64,000 bases of DNA from the NCBI GenBank assembly GCA_050613775.1, contig JBODTK010000138.1, forward strand, positions 310,001 through 374,000, read 5' to 3'. Position numbers and translations under genes: made by a program. The first letter of the stretch is position 1. Each line of letters opens with the position of its first letter. The notes under the pieces are model-generated. The model made no database searches, had not been told where the DNA came from, and saw only the letters and a program-made list of their open reading frames with translations. Of this stretch, positions 16,001-28,300 are shown in pieces. Source of the DNA: Neocallimastix sp. 'constans'. Taxonomy: Eukaryota.

Positions 16001-18299
16001 AATGAGGAACTTTGTTGTATATATAGTTAGCGTATAATATCGCAAAGTCCCAGAAGTTTTCACTAAGTCCACTCCAATATAACAAGGTTTTCGCGCAGGA
16101 AACAATAGTAAGATTAAATCTTTCACATAGTCCATTATTTTCAGGATTATACGGAGGAGAGAATACTTTTTCAATTCCATTTTCATTGCAAAAGGAATCA
16201 ATTTTCTTGTTTTTATATTCCTTTGCGTTATCCGATTTAAAAACTTTAATTTTATGATCCTTATATTTATTATTAAGCATTCTTAAGGTATTGATAATAA
16301 TATCAGTAGCTTCTGATTTACTCTTCATTATAAAAACCCATGATTTTCTAGAAGCTTCATCTAAGATAGTAAGTATAAACCTTTTTCCTGTGTATGATGT
16401 GTTAATTGGACCAATAATATCCGAGTGGATAACTTCTAATATTTCTTTGGCTCTGGGAGGAATTTTATTGTGTGGATTGCGTTTCATTTTCGCGATTCTG
16501 CAATCGTCACACTTATCTAAGTTAATTTCATGATGGTTTAGGAAGTTTTTCAAATCTTCTTGGTAGAAATGGCCAAGCCGTCGATGCCAAATTAGTTCTT
16601 CAGCATTACGAAAATTTTGAATTGCCATAATATTATTCTTAGAGTTTCTTTCGTTTTTAATATTGAAATGAGTAACTACAATTTTAACTTCATTGTTATT
16701 ATTAGCTTGGAATGTGGCAATAATATTATAATTGTTATCTAAAATTCTGAGGATAATATTATTGTGTTTATCCTTTTCTGTCAAGGTTTTAACATCTTGT
16801 TTTGCCCATTCTATTCCACTAATAATATTTTTAGCTACTTCTTTTGAATATAATACTTTGTTAAATTTAAAATGATAATTATTAATAGTAAATTCAAATT
16901 CACCATGGCCTTCAAAATAGCAATAAGTATTATTTGCACATCTTAACTTTATTTTTTCTTTTTTAAAATTTTTAAGCAGACTTAGATCATTAGTTATATG
17001 TTCACCAGCACCTGAATCATATAACCATTCTGATGTTTCTTTTTTATTGTAATTAATATTAAAAATTTCATTTGTATTATTTGTATTTATTTCCTTTTTA
17101 TTAATATTATTTATAAAAATTTCTTTAGCTAAATTTAATTTATTTTCTACTCGTGTTATTATATTATTTTTAATTAAAACTTCATTTTTAACGTCTTCTT
17201 TATCATAATTTATGAAACAATTTGATTTTTCAGATTCTTGATATTCATCTGAATCATCATCATCATTATTCTCATATTTTCCTTTTCCTTTAGGATCATA
17301 GTATTTATAAAACATTGGCTTTATATCATCATAAGATATATTTTCATTATATTCATCATTTAAATTAATATATCTTATGGGTCTTCCATTATGCCAATTA
17401 TTATGAGTGTGATAATTATTTAATTTTTGTTCATCTTGAATGTAGTATTTATTGTATAATCCATTTGGGTTTCTTGGATTATACCTACATTCTTTGGTAG
17501 AATGACCCCTCCTTTCACAGATTTCGCAGTATTTATTATTATTGTTATATTTATTATTATTAAATTTTTCTTTGTTGTTTTGTTTACTTGGATTTCCTTT
17601 TTTTGAAAAATTTTTATTATTGTTCTTGTTTTTTAAATTTTTCCTATTCTTGTATCCAAGTTTCCCAGCATAGTCGATGTCCATTGGATCATATGGTCGT
17701 TGGTCTTTATCTGTTTGTTCATCGACATATAACCAGGTGTTTATATCTTTTACTATAGTTGTTTTTAATTCTTCGGCTGTTTCATTACCATTTAAAGTTA
17801 ATTTCATTTTATAACTTTTTGGTAATGCTCTTAATAAATATTTTACTTTTTCTTTTTCGGAGATAATATTTCCGGAGGAGTTCATGCCATTAAATAATTT
17901 AAAGATTTCCTTAATAGCTGAAGGTATTTCTGTTTCCTTTTCAGCTTTGACATTTTTAAGTTTACTAATCCATTGAGTCATGTCATTCTCACTTAATTTG
18001 TATTCTTCTCTTAGATAATTTATTATGGCATATGGAGTGTTCATGCCAATAATATCTTCATGGATTTTGGAATTTATGGTATTTTTAATAATATAACGGA
18101 CTTTTGTGTTCGTTTTCTTGATTTCCTTTATTTCTTCTTCCTTTTTGGTATTGTCCCTTTTGGCTTCTTCCAATATATCTTTAGTTAGATATTCAGCTAA
18201 GTCATCTTTCTCCAATATGTCCGTTAAATTATCATACCATATATTAAAATTTTTGCCATTCAATATGGCTTCCTTTTTGAACGGGATAAAATCACTCAT
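13011..18299 (-). CDS. Copia Gag-Pol polyprotein (Gag, zinc knuckle, protease, integrase, RT, RNase H)
   Basis: CEICERRGHSTKEC knuckle; WLYDSGAGEH protease; IWHRRLGH..CDDC; HSDIIGP / SDNAKEY / NGLCER integrase; KARFVAKGFSQ, LDIKAAYLNA, LYGLKQSGR, LYVDDM RT; YTDSDFAGD, STAEAEY, ADTLTK RNase H; IN precedes RT (copia order). Confidence 0.97.
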   Translation of the reverse strand: MSDFIPFKKEAILNGKNFNIWYDNLTDILEKDDLAEYLTKDILEEAKRDNTKKEEEIKEIKKTNTKVRYIIKNTINSKIHEDIIGMNTPYAIINYLREEYKLSENDMTQWISKLKNVKAEKETEIPSAIKEIFKLFNGMNSSGNIISEKEKVKYLLRALPKSYKMKLTLNGNETAEELKTTIVKDINTWLYVDEQTDKDQRPYDPMDIDYAGKLGYKNRKNLKNKNNNKNFSKKGNPSKQNNKEKFNNNKYNNNNKYCEICERRGHSTKECRYNPRNPNGLYNKYYIQDEQKLNNYHTHNNWHNGRPIRYINLNDEYNENISYDDIKPMFYKYYDPKGKGKYENNDDDDSDEYQESEKSNCFINYDKEDVKNEVLIKNNIITRVENKLNLAKEIFINNINKKEINTNNTNEIFNINYNKKETSEWLYDSGAGEHITNDLSLLKNFKKEKIKLRCANNTYCYFEGHGEFEFTINNYHFKFNKVLYSKEVAKNIISGIEWAKQDVKTLTEKDKHNNIILRILDNNYNIIATFQANNNNEVKIVVTHFNIKNERNSKNNIMAIQNFRNAEELIWHRRLGHFYQEDLKNFLNHHEINLDKCDDCRIAKMKRNPHNKIPPRAKEILEVIHSDIIGPINTSYTGKRFILTILDEASRKSWVFIMKSKSEATDIIINTLRMLNNKYKDHKIKVFKSDNAKEYKNKKIDSFCNENGIEKVFSPPYNPENNGLCERFNLTIVSCAKTLLYWSGLSENFWDFAILYANYIYNKVPHSGIHNKIPDEIFYKNKVKINHIKVFGCITFYIDRSQNKSKFSPNSKKGIFLGFSEKTNSYIIMDFNDNSIHYCREIYCLEDTPANVKLANNKSNQYGDQEFLTFDFYFSKNLPDSSGGENHKAGNHSSKPSENKFNNNNKENSKNTKENYSSLPITNNDDLQENLNKDNSPKRDKGKSPETEDSNDTNINNNIGKDKEIKIAEEETQNYKNQENFKNHSDENFSDNKNFSKNEENSINKNKNFNETLSNNNSNQEKNFSENSNINKVKNSKTQNNNKITDEEKFFDINDKTLFNKKSNNQGKVNEQTNMSSNKSNIIKENFNKNFSETNIKNNISTSTTDNISKSKNFSNPNYYNFPSYSQENTMFNRNNIISSYIDKKFPFNGRRSVKELHIDNQNSFNTNSFNRINLPHHRSNFHFKNNKNFENGNIDYLFSNNHFKIKKNNYLHIKKQFNFKKHGRSLSDDLTPSQSQKFRRSNFNSKIIATLDNFVPQSFFQATNCKDHVLWEKAMDNELDNLYTNKIMTFVNNIPDGKKPIPSKWVYALKTDGLGHIIKHKARFVAKGFSQKYGIDYELTFSPTLNFDCLKLLISLAAKFKWDILQLDIKAAYLNADLDKDIYVKIPPGDPNFGRGYWKLNKALYGLKQSGRQWYNTISKFLIEQGMEQLKSESCVFKKIVNGKLVCIIGLYVDDMIVTGEKEEINKIFNKIKNKFKISKSGPIDYLLGIKVENRNNTYTLSQTQFIENILKTFNINNKRLRKTPCVGDNTISENNQPFNKTKYKSAIGMLIYLSKCTRPDIAFSVNKAARNSENPTVSDWHKVIAILQYLKNTKNYKIKYDGTGNIVGYTDSDFAGDVTDRKSTSGNIILMGNNPISWTSKKQSVVATSTAEAEYISASVCIKKLLRIKNILYELFKFNKPLTLFTDNNASKISMENGELNPKLKHISIKYHFNKDNIEKNLIKLKYISTDKMLADTLTKCVNGTKMTTFANQIFITNEN

Positions 18300-18470
18300 T
18301 TAATTGATTTTTAATTTAATAATTAATATTATTATATATTTGGGTTTAAGAAGATTATTTTGTGTTTTTATTATGTAATTTTATTAATATTTTATTTAAT
18401 TAATATTTTATTTTAATAAAGATATTTTATATTATTTTATCAATATTATATGAGAATGTTAAGAGTACAG

Positions 18471-18485
18471 ATGAGACTCTTAATC
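18471..18485 (-). other. Copia primer-binding site complementary to the anticodon arm of tRNA-Lys(CUU)
   Basis: Plus strand ATGAGACTCTTAATC abuts the 5' LTR and corresponds to tRNA-Lys(CUU) positions ~26-40 (stem TGAGA, loop CTCTTAA, then TC). Confidence 0.8.
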
Positions 18486-18821
18486 TATTAAAGGAATTTA
18501 TTTAATTATTAATAATTTATACATTTATTTATTTATTATAAAATTACTTATTGACGAAAGTCGCAAATTTTCGTCTATAAAATAAACAATTATTTTTATA
18601 TAAACTATATAACTATTTCACGTGAATAAACAAGAATAAAGAAACTATTTACATGCGCATGATAAATCTAATGATTTACATTTAACTATGTATTAACATA
18701 AATAATGTTAATTTACATTTTAAGTTTAGTTTTTTACATAAATATTTATGATTTATATTTTCTATTATTTAATTATAAACCTAAATTATTAAGTTTATTT
18801 ATATTATTTAATACTTTAACA
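18486..18821 (-). repeat. Copia 5' LTR
   Basis: Direct repeat of 12659-12998; contains a GACGAAA..TTTCGTC hairpin and TCACGTGA and ATGCGCAT palindromes. Confidence 0.93.
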
Positions 18822-18836
18822 ATAATAATAATAATA

Positions 18837-18900
<64 letters not shown>

Positions 18901-20170
18901 TAATAATAATAAATAATAATAATAATAATAATAATAACAATAATAATAATAATAACCCTTTTTTATATGTTATTATTTATTTATTAAATACCACTTATTG
19001 TCTATAATTAATTTTATTAATAAAGTTTTTTGATTATGAAAAAGTTTAAATAAAATTTGATTATAAATTGTGTTTTGTGTTTTGTGTTTTGAATATTTTT
19101 TTTATATCAAAAATTTTTATGGTTTTTTTGGACTTTAAAATTTTGTTTTTGGTGGATTAACATTTTATTTAATTAAATATTTTTGTTATTCTATATATAA
19201 ATTGATAAATTGAATATGTACATTTTTGAACATTTAAAAGTAAAAAAAAAAAAAAAATACTACTTCTTTACAAACGGTGTTTGTGAAATTATACTAAATC
19301 CGTAGGGATAAAGTACTATAAAGTACTAAATAATAAAATCTAAAAAGAAATAAAAGTAATATTTTCAATTTAAATAAATTTTATTATTTAAAGATATCAA
19401 TATTTTTTTTAAAAAAAAAATTTATTCCTTAAAGGGGTGATAAATATATTCCCAAAATCATTATTATCTTAATTCTCCTTAGTTGTTCCTTTACTACGAC
19501 AAAATGTAAAATAAAAAAAATGGATCAATAAGTTGTTTTAATACTATTTTAACTGAAATAGAAAATATTTAATAATTTAATACATCTTCTTACACAAAAT
19601 AAAACATTGTATTTTTGAAGAGATAACTAAATATATCAAGATAAAAATTCCTAGATGAATATTTGATATTATTTCAAGAATCTTAATCCGTCCTCTTTAG
19701 TAACAATATACAATATCGTCTTTAACGAATGAATAAATACGGCTTGAATATAAATACTAGTGAAATAAAATATATATTTTCTATTTTCATTTAATAATAA
19801 TATTTAGTTATTATATAATAAAATATATAATATTATTTATTTAGTATTTATTAATTTTAATTCATTGTTTATTATTATTTATTTATTTATTTAATATTTA
19901 AAATTTAATTATAATTATAATAAGCAATCATATATAATATAAATATATATATAATATTAACAATTAAAATTTTATTTTGAATATTTGAATTATTTTTATT
20001 TATTTTTATTTTTTATTTACTATATACATAAATATATTTATTTTAATATAAATATATAAATATGTATATATTTTTATAAAAAAAAAGTCAACATTTTTGA
20101 AATTTAAAAATTATTATTAAGAATTTCAAGGTACTTAAAATATAAATAAATAAATAATTAAACGTTAAAT

Positions 20171-20204
<34 letters not shown>

Positions 20205-21078
20205 TTGGATTGAAAAAATATTAATATTGAAAACTCATATGTATTATATTTGAATTTAAAAAAGTTATTAATAAATTTATTGAAATTTATTTTAATAAAA
20301 AAGGAAGAAATAAATTTTATATGCTGATAAATTATATCTCTTTTATTGATTATGAAAAATAAAGAATAAAAATATTTATAAATGTTTAAAAAAGGGAATC
20401 TTTAAAATTTATGAAAACATAATTGATTATGTATATCTTATTTTCAATAATTTATATTATTTTTTTTTTTTTTTTTTTTTTTTTTGAAAATGGACCAATA
20501 CATCAGGGCTTCAAAAAATAAAAATAAAATTAAAGTTATATTAAGATATTAATCAATATAAACAAAAAGTTCAAAATACATTTTTTCTTTTTTATCTTTC
20601 AATTATTAAGAGCACCTTTACTCTTTTATACAAATGAAATTTGATGAAAAATAAATATTTTAAAATTTAATAATATAAAATTTAAAATAATATTTATATT
20701 ATTATTATTATTATTATTTATAAATTCTTTAAACATTCATTAGGAAATTTAATAATATCAATAAAAAATTAAATAAACTATTTTATTTTTACATATTTAT
20801 AACATTTATTAACCATTTCAGTTATAAATTTTAATACAAATTACCATAATTATTTCAATTATATGTATTAAAAAATTAATTTTGATGATGAAAAAACATT
20901 TTATAATTAATAAATCATAAATTGATAATTAATAATATTAATATATATATTAATAAATTTTAAAACTTATATTAAAAATATAATATACATATAAGGAAAT
21001 TAATAATATATCAAATATATTTAATGTTAATTTATTATTTATAATTTTTATTTATAAAATAAAGATTTTAATTAGATA

Positions 21079-21774
21079 ATGGCAGACCAACAACAACATA
21101 TTCCTCAAGCTACAACTGACCATCAAAATCAATTACAAGTCCAACAACAATTACAAGTATGGATATATTATTAATTATATATATTATTGTTATATTATAA
21201 AACACTAAACTTATAAATATATATTTAAAAAATTACAAAATTATTAAATTTTTCAAATAATTTACTTTTAAGGATGTAAGTTATATATATATAATTTAAT
21301 TATTATTATACATAAGTATAATGTTTTTAATAAATATATATATATATATTTTTAAAATTTATATTAATTTTATATTAAATATATATGTATATGTTAAGGC
21401 TCAACAAACACATATAATTCAGGCTTTTTGGCAAAATCAATTACTTAATATTGAGCAAACCCAAACTGAGTTTAAAAGTCATTCTCTTCCAATTGCAAGA
21501 ATTAAGAAAGTTATGAAAAGTGATGATGATGTTAAAACTTTGGTATAAATTTTTATAATTTTGTTATATATCAATTGTAAAATATATATTTTTTATTAAT
21601 ATATATTACTTTTTTTTTAATATATTTTATATATCATTAGATGATTAGTGCTGAGGTATTGTAACAAATAATAATAATTATTAATTGATAATATAAAATA
21701 ATTATCAAATTTAATAATAAAAATACCAATTAATAATATCAATAATAATATAATTAATAGAAAAATGATTAATA

Positions 21775-21810
<36 letters not shown>

Positions 21811-22586
21811 AATAAATAAATAAATAACAAATAATAACAAATAATAATAAATAATAATAAATAATAATAAATAATAATAAATAATAATAATTAATAATAA
21901 TTAATAATAATTAATAATAATTAATAATAATTAATAATAATTAATAATAACTAGGCACCAATGATTTTCGCTAAAGCCTGTGAAATTTTTATTGAAGAAG
22001 TATGAAATTTATATGATTTTAAAATATAATAAATATCAAAAATAATCATTAATATAATTATAATAATTTATTGTAGCTTACTCTAAGAGCTTGGATGCAT
22101 GCTGAAGAAAATAAGCGTAGAACTCTTCAGAAGAGTGATATTGCAACTGCTGTTTCAAAATCAGATATGTATGATTTCTTAATTGATATTGTACCTCGTG
22201 ATATTGATTTAATAAAGGCTTCTTCTAAGTCAAAAGGACCAGAAGTTCGTATTCATATTAATCTATATAATTATAATTATTTTAATATTATGTGTACTAA
22301 TTATTTTTTTATAATTGAAAAAAAAAAAAAAATAATGATTAGAATGAATTATTTGATCATTCTTATGGTTATTATCATGCTTCTCAAATACCGCAGTTTG
22401 CTGCTATTCCAACTGTAAATTTTATTTATATATGTTAATTTTTTATTATTAATTAAATATATAAAATATGGGAATCTTTTAAAATTTTAATAGTTTATAT
22501 TTTATATATTAATTAACATTTAATATATTATCTCTATCTGATATTATATTTCGTATAATATATAATTTTTTTTTTCTTCTTCTTTA

Positions 22587-22617
<31 letters not shown>

Positions 22618-22818
22618 TTATACCACACTCTATATATATATATATATTAGAATATTACTGAATATGCCTTCCAAGTTAATCAACACGAACAACTTCAACA
22701 ATATCATCTTCAACAACTTCAGCAATATCAACAACAACAACAGCAGCAGCAACAACAAGATACTTCACAAGTTCAAGGTCAATCTATGGACCAAAGAAAT
22801 GATATACAAAAATCATAA
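21079..22818 (+). CDS. HAP5: CCAAT-binding factor subunit NF-YC/Hap5 (multi-exon, includes 15-nt exon MISAE at 21641-21655)
   Basis: [82 protein letters not shown] histone fold; Gln-rich termini; stop 22816-22818. Confidence 0.95.
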
Positions 22819-23449
22819 ACCTCTAATTTATTTAAGTTAAACTAAACCTTCATTTTTATGAATAATAATCATTAATGAATTTTTTTTTTTTTTTTTTAAA
22901 AAAAAAAATCAATTCTTTTGATTGACAAAGTTTTATGTTTATCTCATCGTTATTATTATTGTTTTATATTATATTTTTATTAATTAGTTATAAAACAATA
23001 TAAAACGAAATAAATATGATTAAAAATATTTATTTTATTTTATTTTATTTTTTTTTTTTTTTTAAAAATTTATTTTAATTTTTCATTTTATATTATGATA
23101 TAAACTATATATAAGTTTATATTTTTATTTTATATTAAAGTAATATTATATTAATAAGATGTAATAATATTATTATATTAGATATCATATATAATATTTT
23201 GTATTTAAAATTCAATAAATTTCATAATATATTTAATATTTTATATTTTATTTTATTATTTAGAAGATAAAAATTAATTTATATAAAAATAAGTACATTA
23301 GTGTTAAATAATCTTTAATAATCCATTCATTATTATTTCTTGCTTTATATATTGAATTAATTATTAGCATAATAAATCAAGTAATTCTAATTCTTTTTTT
23401 TTTTTTTTTTAAAAAAATAATAAAAAAAAAATCTTTTATTGATATTATC

Positions 23450-23503
<54 letters not shown>

Positions 23504-24485
23504 TAAAATAATATTAATAATTAAAAATATAATAGTAATAATAAAGATGATATAGAGAATAAAAATAATTATATTATTATTATTACTAAACCAAAAAAAA
23601 AAAGAAATAATAGATGAATTGATCAATATTCAACAAATAATAAAAAGTAATTATTATTAATACAATATTGATTTATTATTATTTTTTTTTTTTTTTTATT
23701 TATTTTTTTCAATTAATGAATGAATAAATTCTTTAAACCAGAATAAATATATTAAAACCTACTATATTATTATTAAAAAGTGTAAAATAATAATAATAAT
23801 GTTTTAATGAAGTGAGGAATATTATGATAATGTTTTTTTATTATGTATTTAAATTTCATTTTACATTCATACTAAAAAAAAAAAAAAAAAATTATTATAT
23901 AATACTGGATTAATTTAGAGTAAAAATAAGATTTATTAAAATATTATTTAATTACTGGAGATCAGAGAATATATCTAACATTAGAATTTATTAGAATGAA
24001 TATTATGGAAATAAAATTTACATTATTAAAATTAGCATTTATCATACTTTTTTAAAAGAATTTTGTATTGGCTTCACATTGAACTTTTTAATACTTTAAT
24101 TATCAATAAATATTAATTTTCTTTTATATGATATAATAATGACATAATAAATGATAAATAACTAAATAAATAACTAAATAAATAACTATATAAATAACTA
24201 ATTAAATAACTAATTAAATAACTAATTAAATAACTAAATAAATAGATAGATAAATAAATAATTTAAAATAAATAAATAGATAAAAAACAAATAAATAAAT
24301 AGATAGATAGATAAATAAATAGATAAATTAATAAGTGATAAATAAATTAAAATATAACTAAGAGAATATGTTATTAATTAAAAAAAATATATATGCTATG
24401 AATTATGAAAAGAACATATTATAGATATAAATATATATATTAATATTGAATATTAAAAAAATAGAAAATTACTAAGCAAATTAAT

Positions 24486-24524
24486 GCCATGTTGGTCCAG
24501 TCGGTTAGGACGATACAGGTCACT
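24486..24524 (+). ncRNA. 5' half of the tRNA-like SINE head (acceptor 5' strand, D arm, half of anticodon arm)
   Basis: GCCATGT TG GTCC-AGTCGGTTA-GGAC G ATACA GGTCAC T; the acceptor strand pairs with GCATGGC at 32513-32519. Confidence 0.8.
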
Positions 24525-24827
24525 TGTTAAGGTTTTAGAGAATTAAATAAAAATAAAGTAAGGAAACACAAATTTTATTTATTTATTTATTATTTTTATT
24601 TATAAATTTATTTGATTTTATTTGATGATATTTAAAAATTAGTAGCAAAATTTACAACTATTTATACTTTTTTTTCAAGGCATAAAAGTTGTTCTTGCCA
24701 CTAAATTACATTTTATTATTATTTTTCTTTTTATATATGAAACTATTAAATTTAAATTGATTTTTATAATCAATTATATAAAATTTAATTATAACAATAT
24801 AAATAAAATGCATTTATAATATTAATA

Positions 24828-24874
<47 letters not shown>

Positions 24875-25356
24875 CTATCTAAAATATTACTAATAAGAAT
24901 TTATTTAATTGGCTAAAATTTTTATTACAATCTGTTAAAATATTCAAATAAAAATAAAAATACTATTCTAATATAAAGGTTTTTAATAAAATAAAATATT
25001 TTTCAATATAAAATAAAACATTTCGATATAAAATTTTATAATAAAAAGTTAAAATATAATATATAAATTTTTAATTATCAATATATAAAAATATTATTAA
25101 TATAAATTTTCATTATTAATATAAAAAAAATAAGATTTATTATTAATATTGCTAATATAAGTTTTAAATATATAAAAATATTACTATTAATATAAGATTT
25201 AATATAAAAATATAAAGTTTAATATAATTTTTGATTTAATTTTTGATCTTTGGATTTAAAAATTTATTAAAGTACAAAAATAATAATGTACACATAATGT
25301 ATTAGAAATAAATCGTAGATTTAATTAAGAATGCATTATTTAGTACATTCTTATCA
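24525..25356 (-). repeat. Gypsy 3' LTR (832 bp)
   Basis: No difference from 31652-32483 found by eye, including a 38-nt T run in both copies. Confidence 0.95.
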
Positions 25357-25374
25357 AGATGCCCCGACGAAGAC

Positions 25375-28300
25375 TCAAGCTTCTCTGTAAGCGGAGTTAA
25401 ACTTTACTAAATTTTTAAAGTGAACATTCCTATCGAGTTGCTTTCCAGTCTTCTGATCGATTAGGGTTGCCGTGTTGAATTGAATTTTTAAAATTTTAAA
25501 TGGTCCATTGTAATATGGTTCTAGCTTAGTGCGGCTAAAGTTTCTAACAAGAACAAGATCACCAGCCTTTAATTCTTTTCCTTTTTTCATACTTATTTGT
25601 TCTTCTCGTCTTGTTGCCCAATACTTGTTAGCATTCTTCACATTTTCGCATGCTTCTCTAGTCCATTGATAATGACGAACAAATTTTTCCATTAAGATTT
25701 CATCATATGATTTACCTGCATTTTCAATTGTTCTTATGGCTATATCATAAGGCTGTTGGTCTTCTCTTCCATATACTAATTCAAAACTAGAATGTCCAGT
25801 AGCTGTATTTTTGGTAGTTCGAAGTGCCCATAAAGCAGAAGGTAAAACTTCATCCCAATCTTGATTTTTCCTTCCTAATAAACGGAGTAATTTTCCAATT
25901 TCTTTATTTCGATTTTCAGTAAGGCCATTTGATTCAGGGTGGTAAGTAGCTACAAATTTAACATATACATCATAAAGATCAAGAAAGATTTTAGTCATAT
26001 CAGAAGTGAATTGGACTCCATTATCAGTAGTAATAACTTGAGGTACACCATGTCTTGCAAAAACGTTTATTAAAAATTTAATTATATCAGAGGAAGTTAT
26101 GTTTTCAGTGGGTTCGGCTTCAACCCATTTGGTAAAGTAATCAACAGTTACTATAATATATTGATTATTATTTCTTGTTTTTGGTAACGGTCCTATAATA
26201 TCTAATCCTAAATGCACAAAGGGACCCTCCACTTTAGTTGGATGGTTTTCGGTTGGTTCTGGATATGGTTGAGGACGATTTAATTGGCATTTTTCACAAT
26301 TACTAACAATTCTTTTGATATCTTTAATCATATGATTCCAATAAAAGTTTTTCTTAAGTCTTTGATATGTTTTGTAATATCCTTCGTGGCCAATATTATG
26401 AGCTTCTAAAATTAATTTAAACCTTTCATTTTCGTCCGTTATTAATTTTCTATAATTTCCATTGTCGATAAAGTAATCTTCACCATCAATAACAGTAAAC
26501 TTTTCATTAATAAATTCCTTTATAACCTTAGATAATAATTCTTCATTATTTCCATTAGTAATTTTTGTTAATAATATCTTTCTCTCTTCCTTACTTTTCA
26601 TTCTTGAAAGAGCATCAGCTAACACATTCTTTTTGCCTGATTCATATTTTATATTAATTCCAAGCATACTAGCGGTTAGACACCATCTTGTTTGCCTTGC
26701 ATTCAAAGGTTCTTTATTCTTAAATAAACCAACTAATGGTTTATGATCTGTGTAAATAGTTGTAGGTAATGGATTTCCTTCAATATAAGATTTAAATTTA
26801 GTCATACAGTAAAACAAAGCGGTTCCTTCTAAATCGGTAATACCATAATTCTTTTCAGCTTTCTTTAAACTTCTACTTATAAAGTGTATTGGATGCTCCT
26901 TACCGGTTTCTTCTTCTTTTTGTAAAAGAACTCCACCAATTCCATTATACGAAGCATCAGTTCTAATGATAAAAGGTTTGTCAAATGACGGAAATTTTAG
27001 AATAGGTGCATTGATTAATTTTTCTTTTAGGAGTTCAAAGCTTTCTTGTTGTTCTTTATTCCATTCATATTTAGTATTCTTTTTCAATAATTTACATAAA
27101 GGTGAGGTAATTTGAGCATATTTAGGAATAAAATCACGATAATATCCCACTGCTCCTAAAAATGATCTTAATTCATGAAGTGATGAAGGGGCTTCCCACT
27201 TCTTAATAGCTGTTATCTTACTTTCCATGGGACTTAATCCTTTAGTAGTAAGTTTGTGACCTAATACATCAACTTCAGTTTGAAGAAAATGGCACTTTTC
27301 AATATTAATTTTTAACTTGTTTTCTTTAAATACTTCTAATACTTGTTTAATATGAATTAAATGTTCTTCGATACTTTTTGAATAGATCAAAACATCATCA
27401 ATAAATACATAAACAAATTCACCAATAAAAGGGAATAAAATTTTATTCATTTCTCTTTGGAAGGTTGAGGGAGCTCCAGTAAGTCCAAAAGGCATAACCT
27501 TAAATTGATAATTTCCAAACTTAGTAGTGAAAGTGGTTACTTCAACGCTTTCTTCATCCATTAAGATTTGGTGAAAACCAGAAAATAAATCAAGAGTTGT
27601 AAATATTTTAGATCCTCCGAGACTATCAAAAATTTCATCTATATATGGAACTGAATAAGAATCTTTTTCTGTCATATCATTGACTTTTCGGTAGTCAATG
27701 CACAAGCGCCACTTTCCATTGTGTTTTAGAATAAGTACTACTGGAGATGACCATTCTGAACAGGATGGTTCTATCAATCCTTTCTTAATAAGTTTTGTAA
27801 GTTCTTCTTTTAAGATATCTGATTTTAATTTAGTTAACCTATAACTTCTTAATTTTACTGGCTTTGCATTTGCTTTTAAACGGATCTTATGTGGTGAAAG
27901 TTTAGAAGGAGTTAGTTCTTCTGTTGAAGTGGCAACTATGTCAATCATTTCTTTGAGAATTTTAATAATTTGTTCTTTATAATCTTTATTTAAGGTACTT
28001 AAAAATTCATCACTCTCAATAAATTCCATTGGAGTTAATTCCTTTATAATTTCCTTTTCATTATTCGTTTCTTTAACTTTTCTAATAGTGCAAATTATAC
28101 TTTCTTCATCATAATATTGATTATTTATTTTAGCTATTTCTTCGTATTCACTTTCTGACAAAAGTTTACATAAACTGTTTAAGGTCGGATGAATAAATAA
28201 ACAATGATCGATTTGAGTTTTAAAGTTTATTAACATATCATAAAAAGAGTCTTCTTTCTCAATAATTCTAAAGTCCGCATTAAATTCATAATTATTAATT

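Larger units (their letters stand above)
12659..18821 (-). mobile_element. Full-length Ty1/copia LTR retrotransposon
   Basis: Two ~340-bp direct repeats (12659-12998, 18486-18821) flank one intact 1762-aa gag-PR-IN-RT-RH ORF; PPT and PBS abut the LTRs; 5-bp TSD ATAAT (12654-12658 / 18822-18826) within an (AAT)n tract. Confidence 0.97.

Noticed and set aside
13165..18303. Plus-strand ORFs inside the copia element (and 29010-29425, 53433-55671 elsewhere)
   Set aside because: Antisense shadows of real coding frames, with no independent motifs
19260..19770. Slightly GC-richer patch between the copia element and HAP5
   Set aside because: The frames I tried are interrupted by stops; no recognisable motif, terminal repeat or TSD; possibly decayed sequence but not supportable
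20490..20510. CCAAT box upstream of HAP5 suggesting autoregulation
   Set aside because: A single 5-mer ~580 bp upstream is expected by chance
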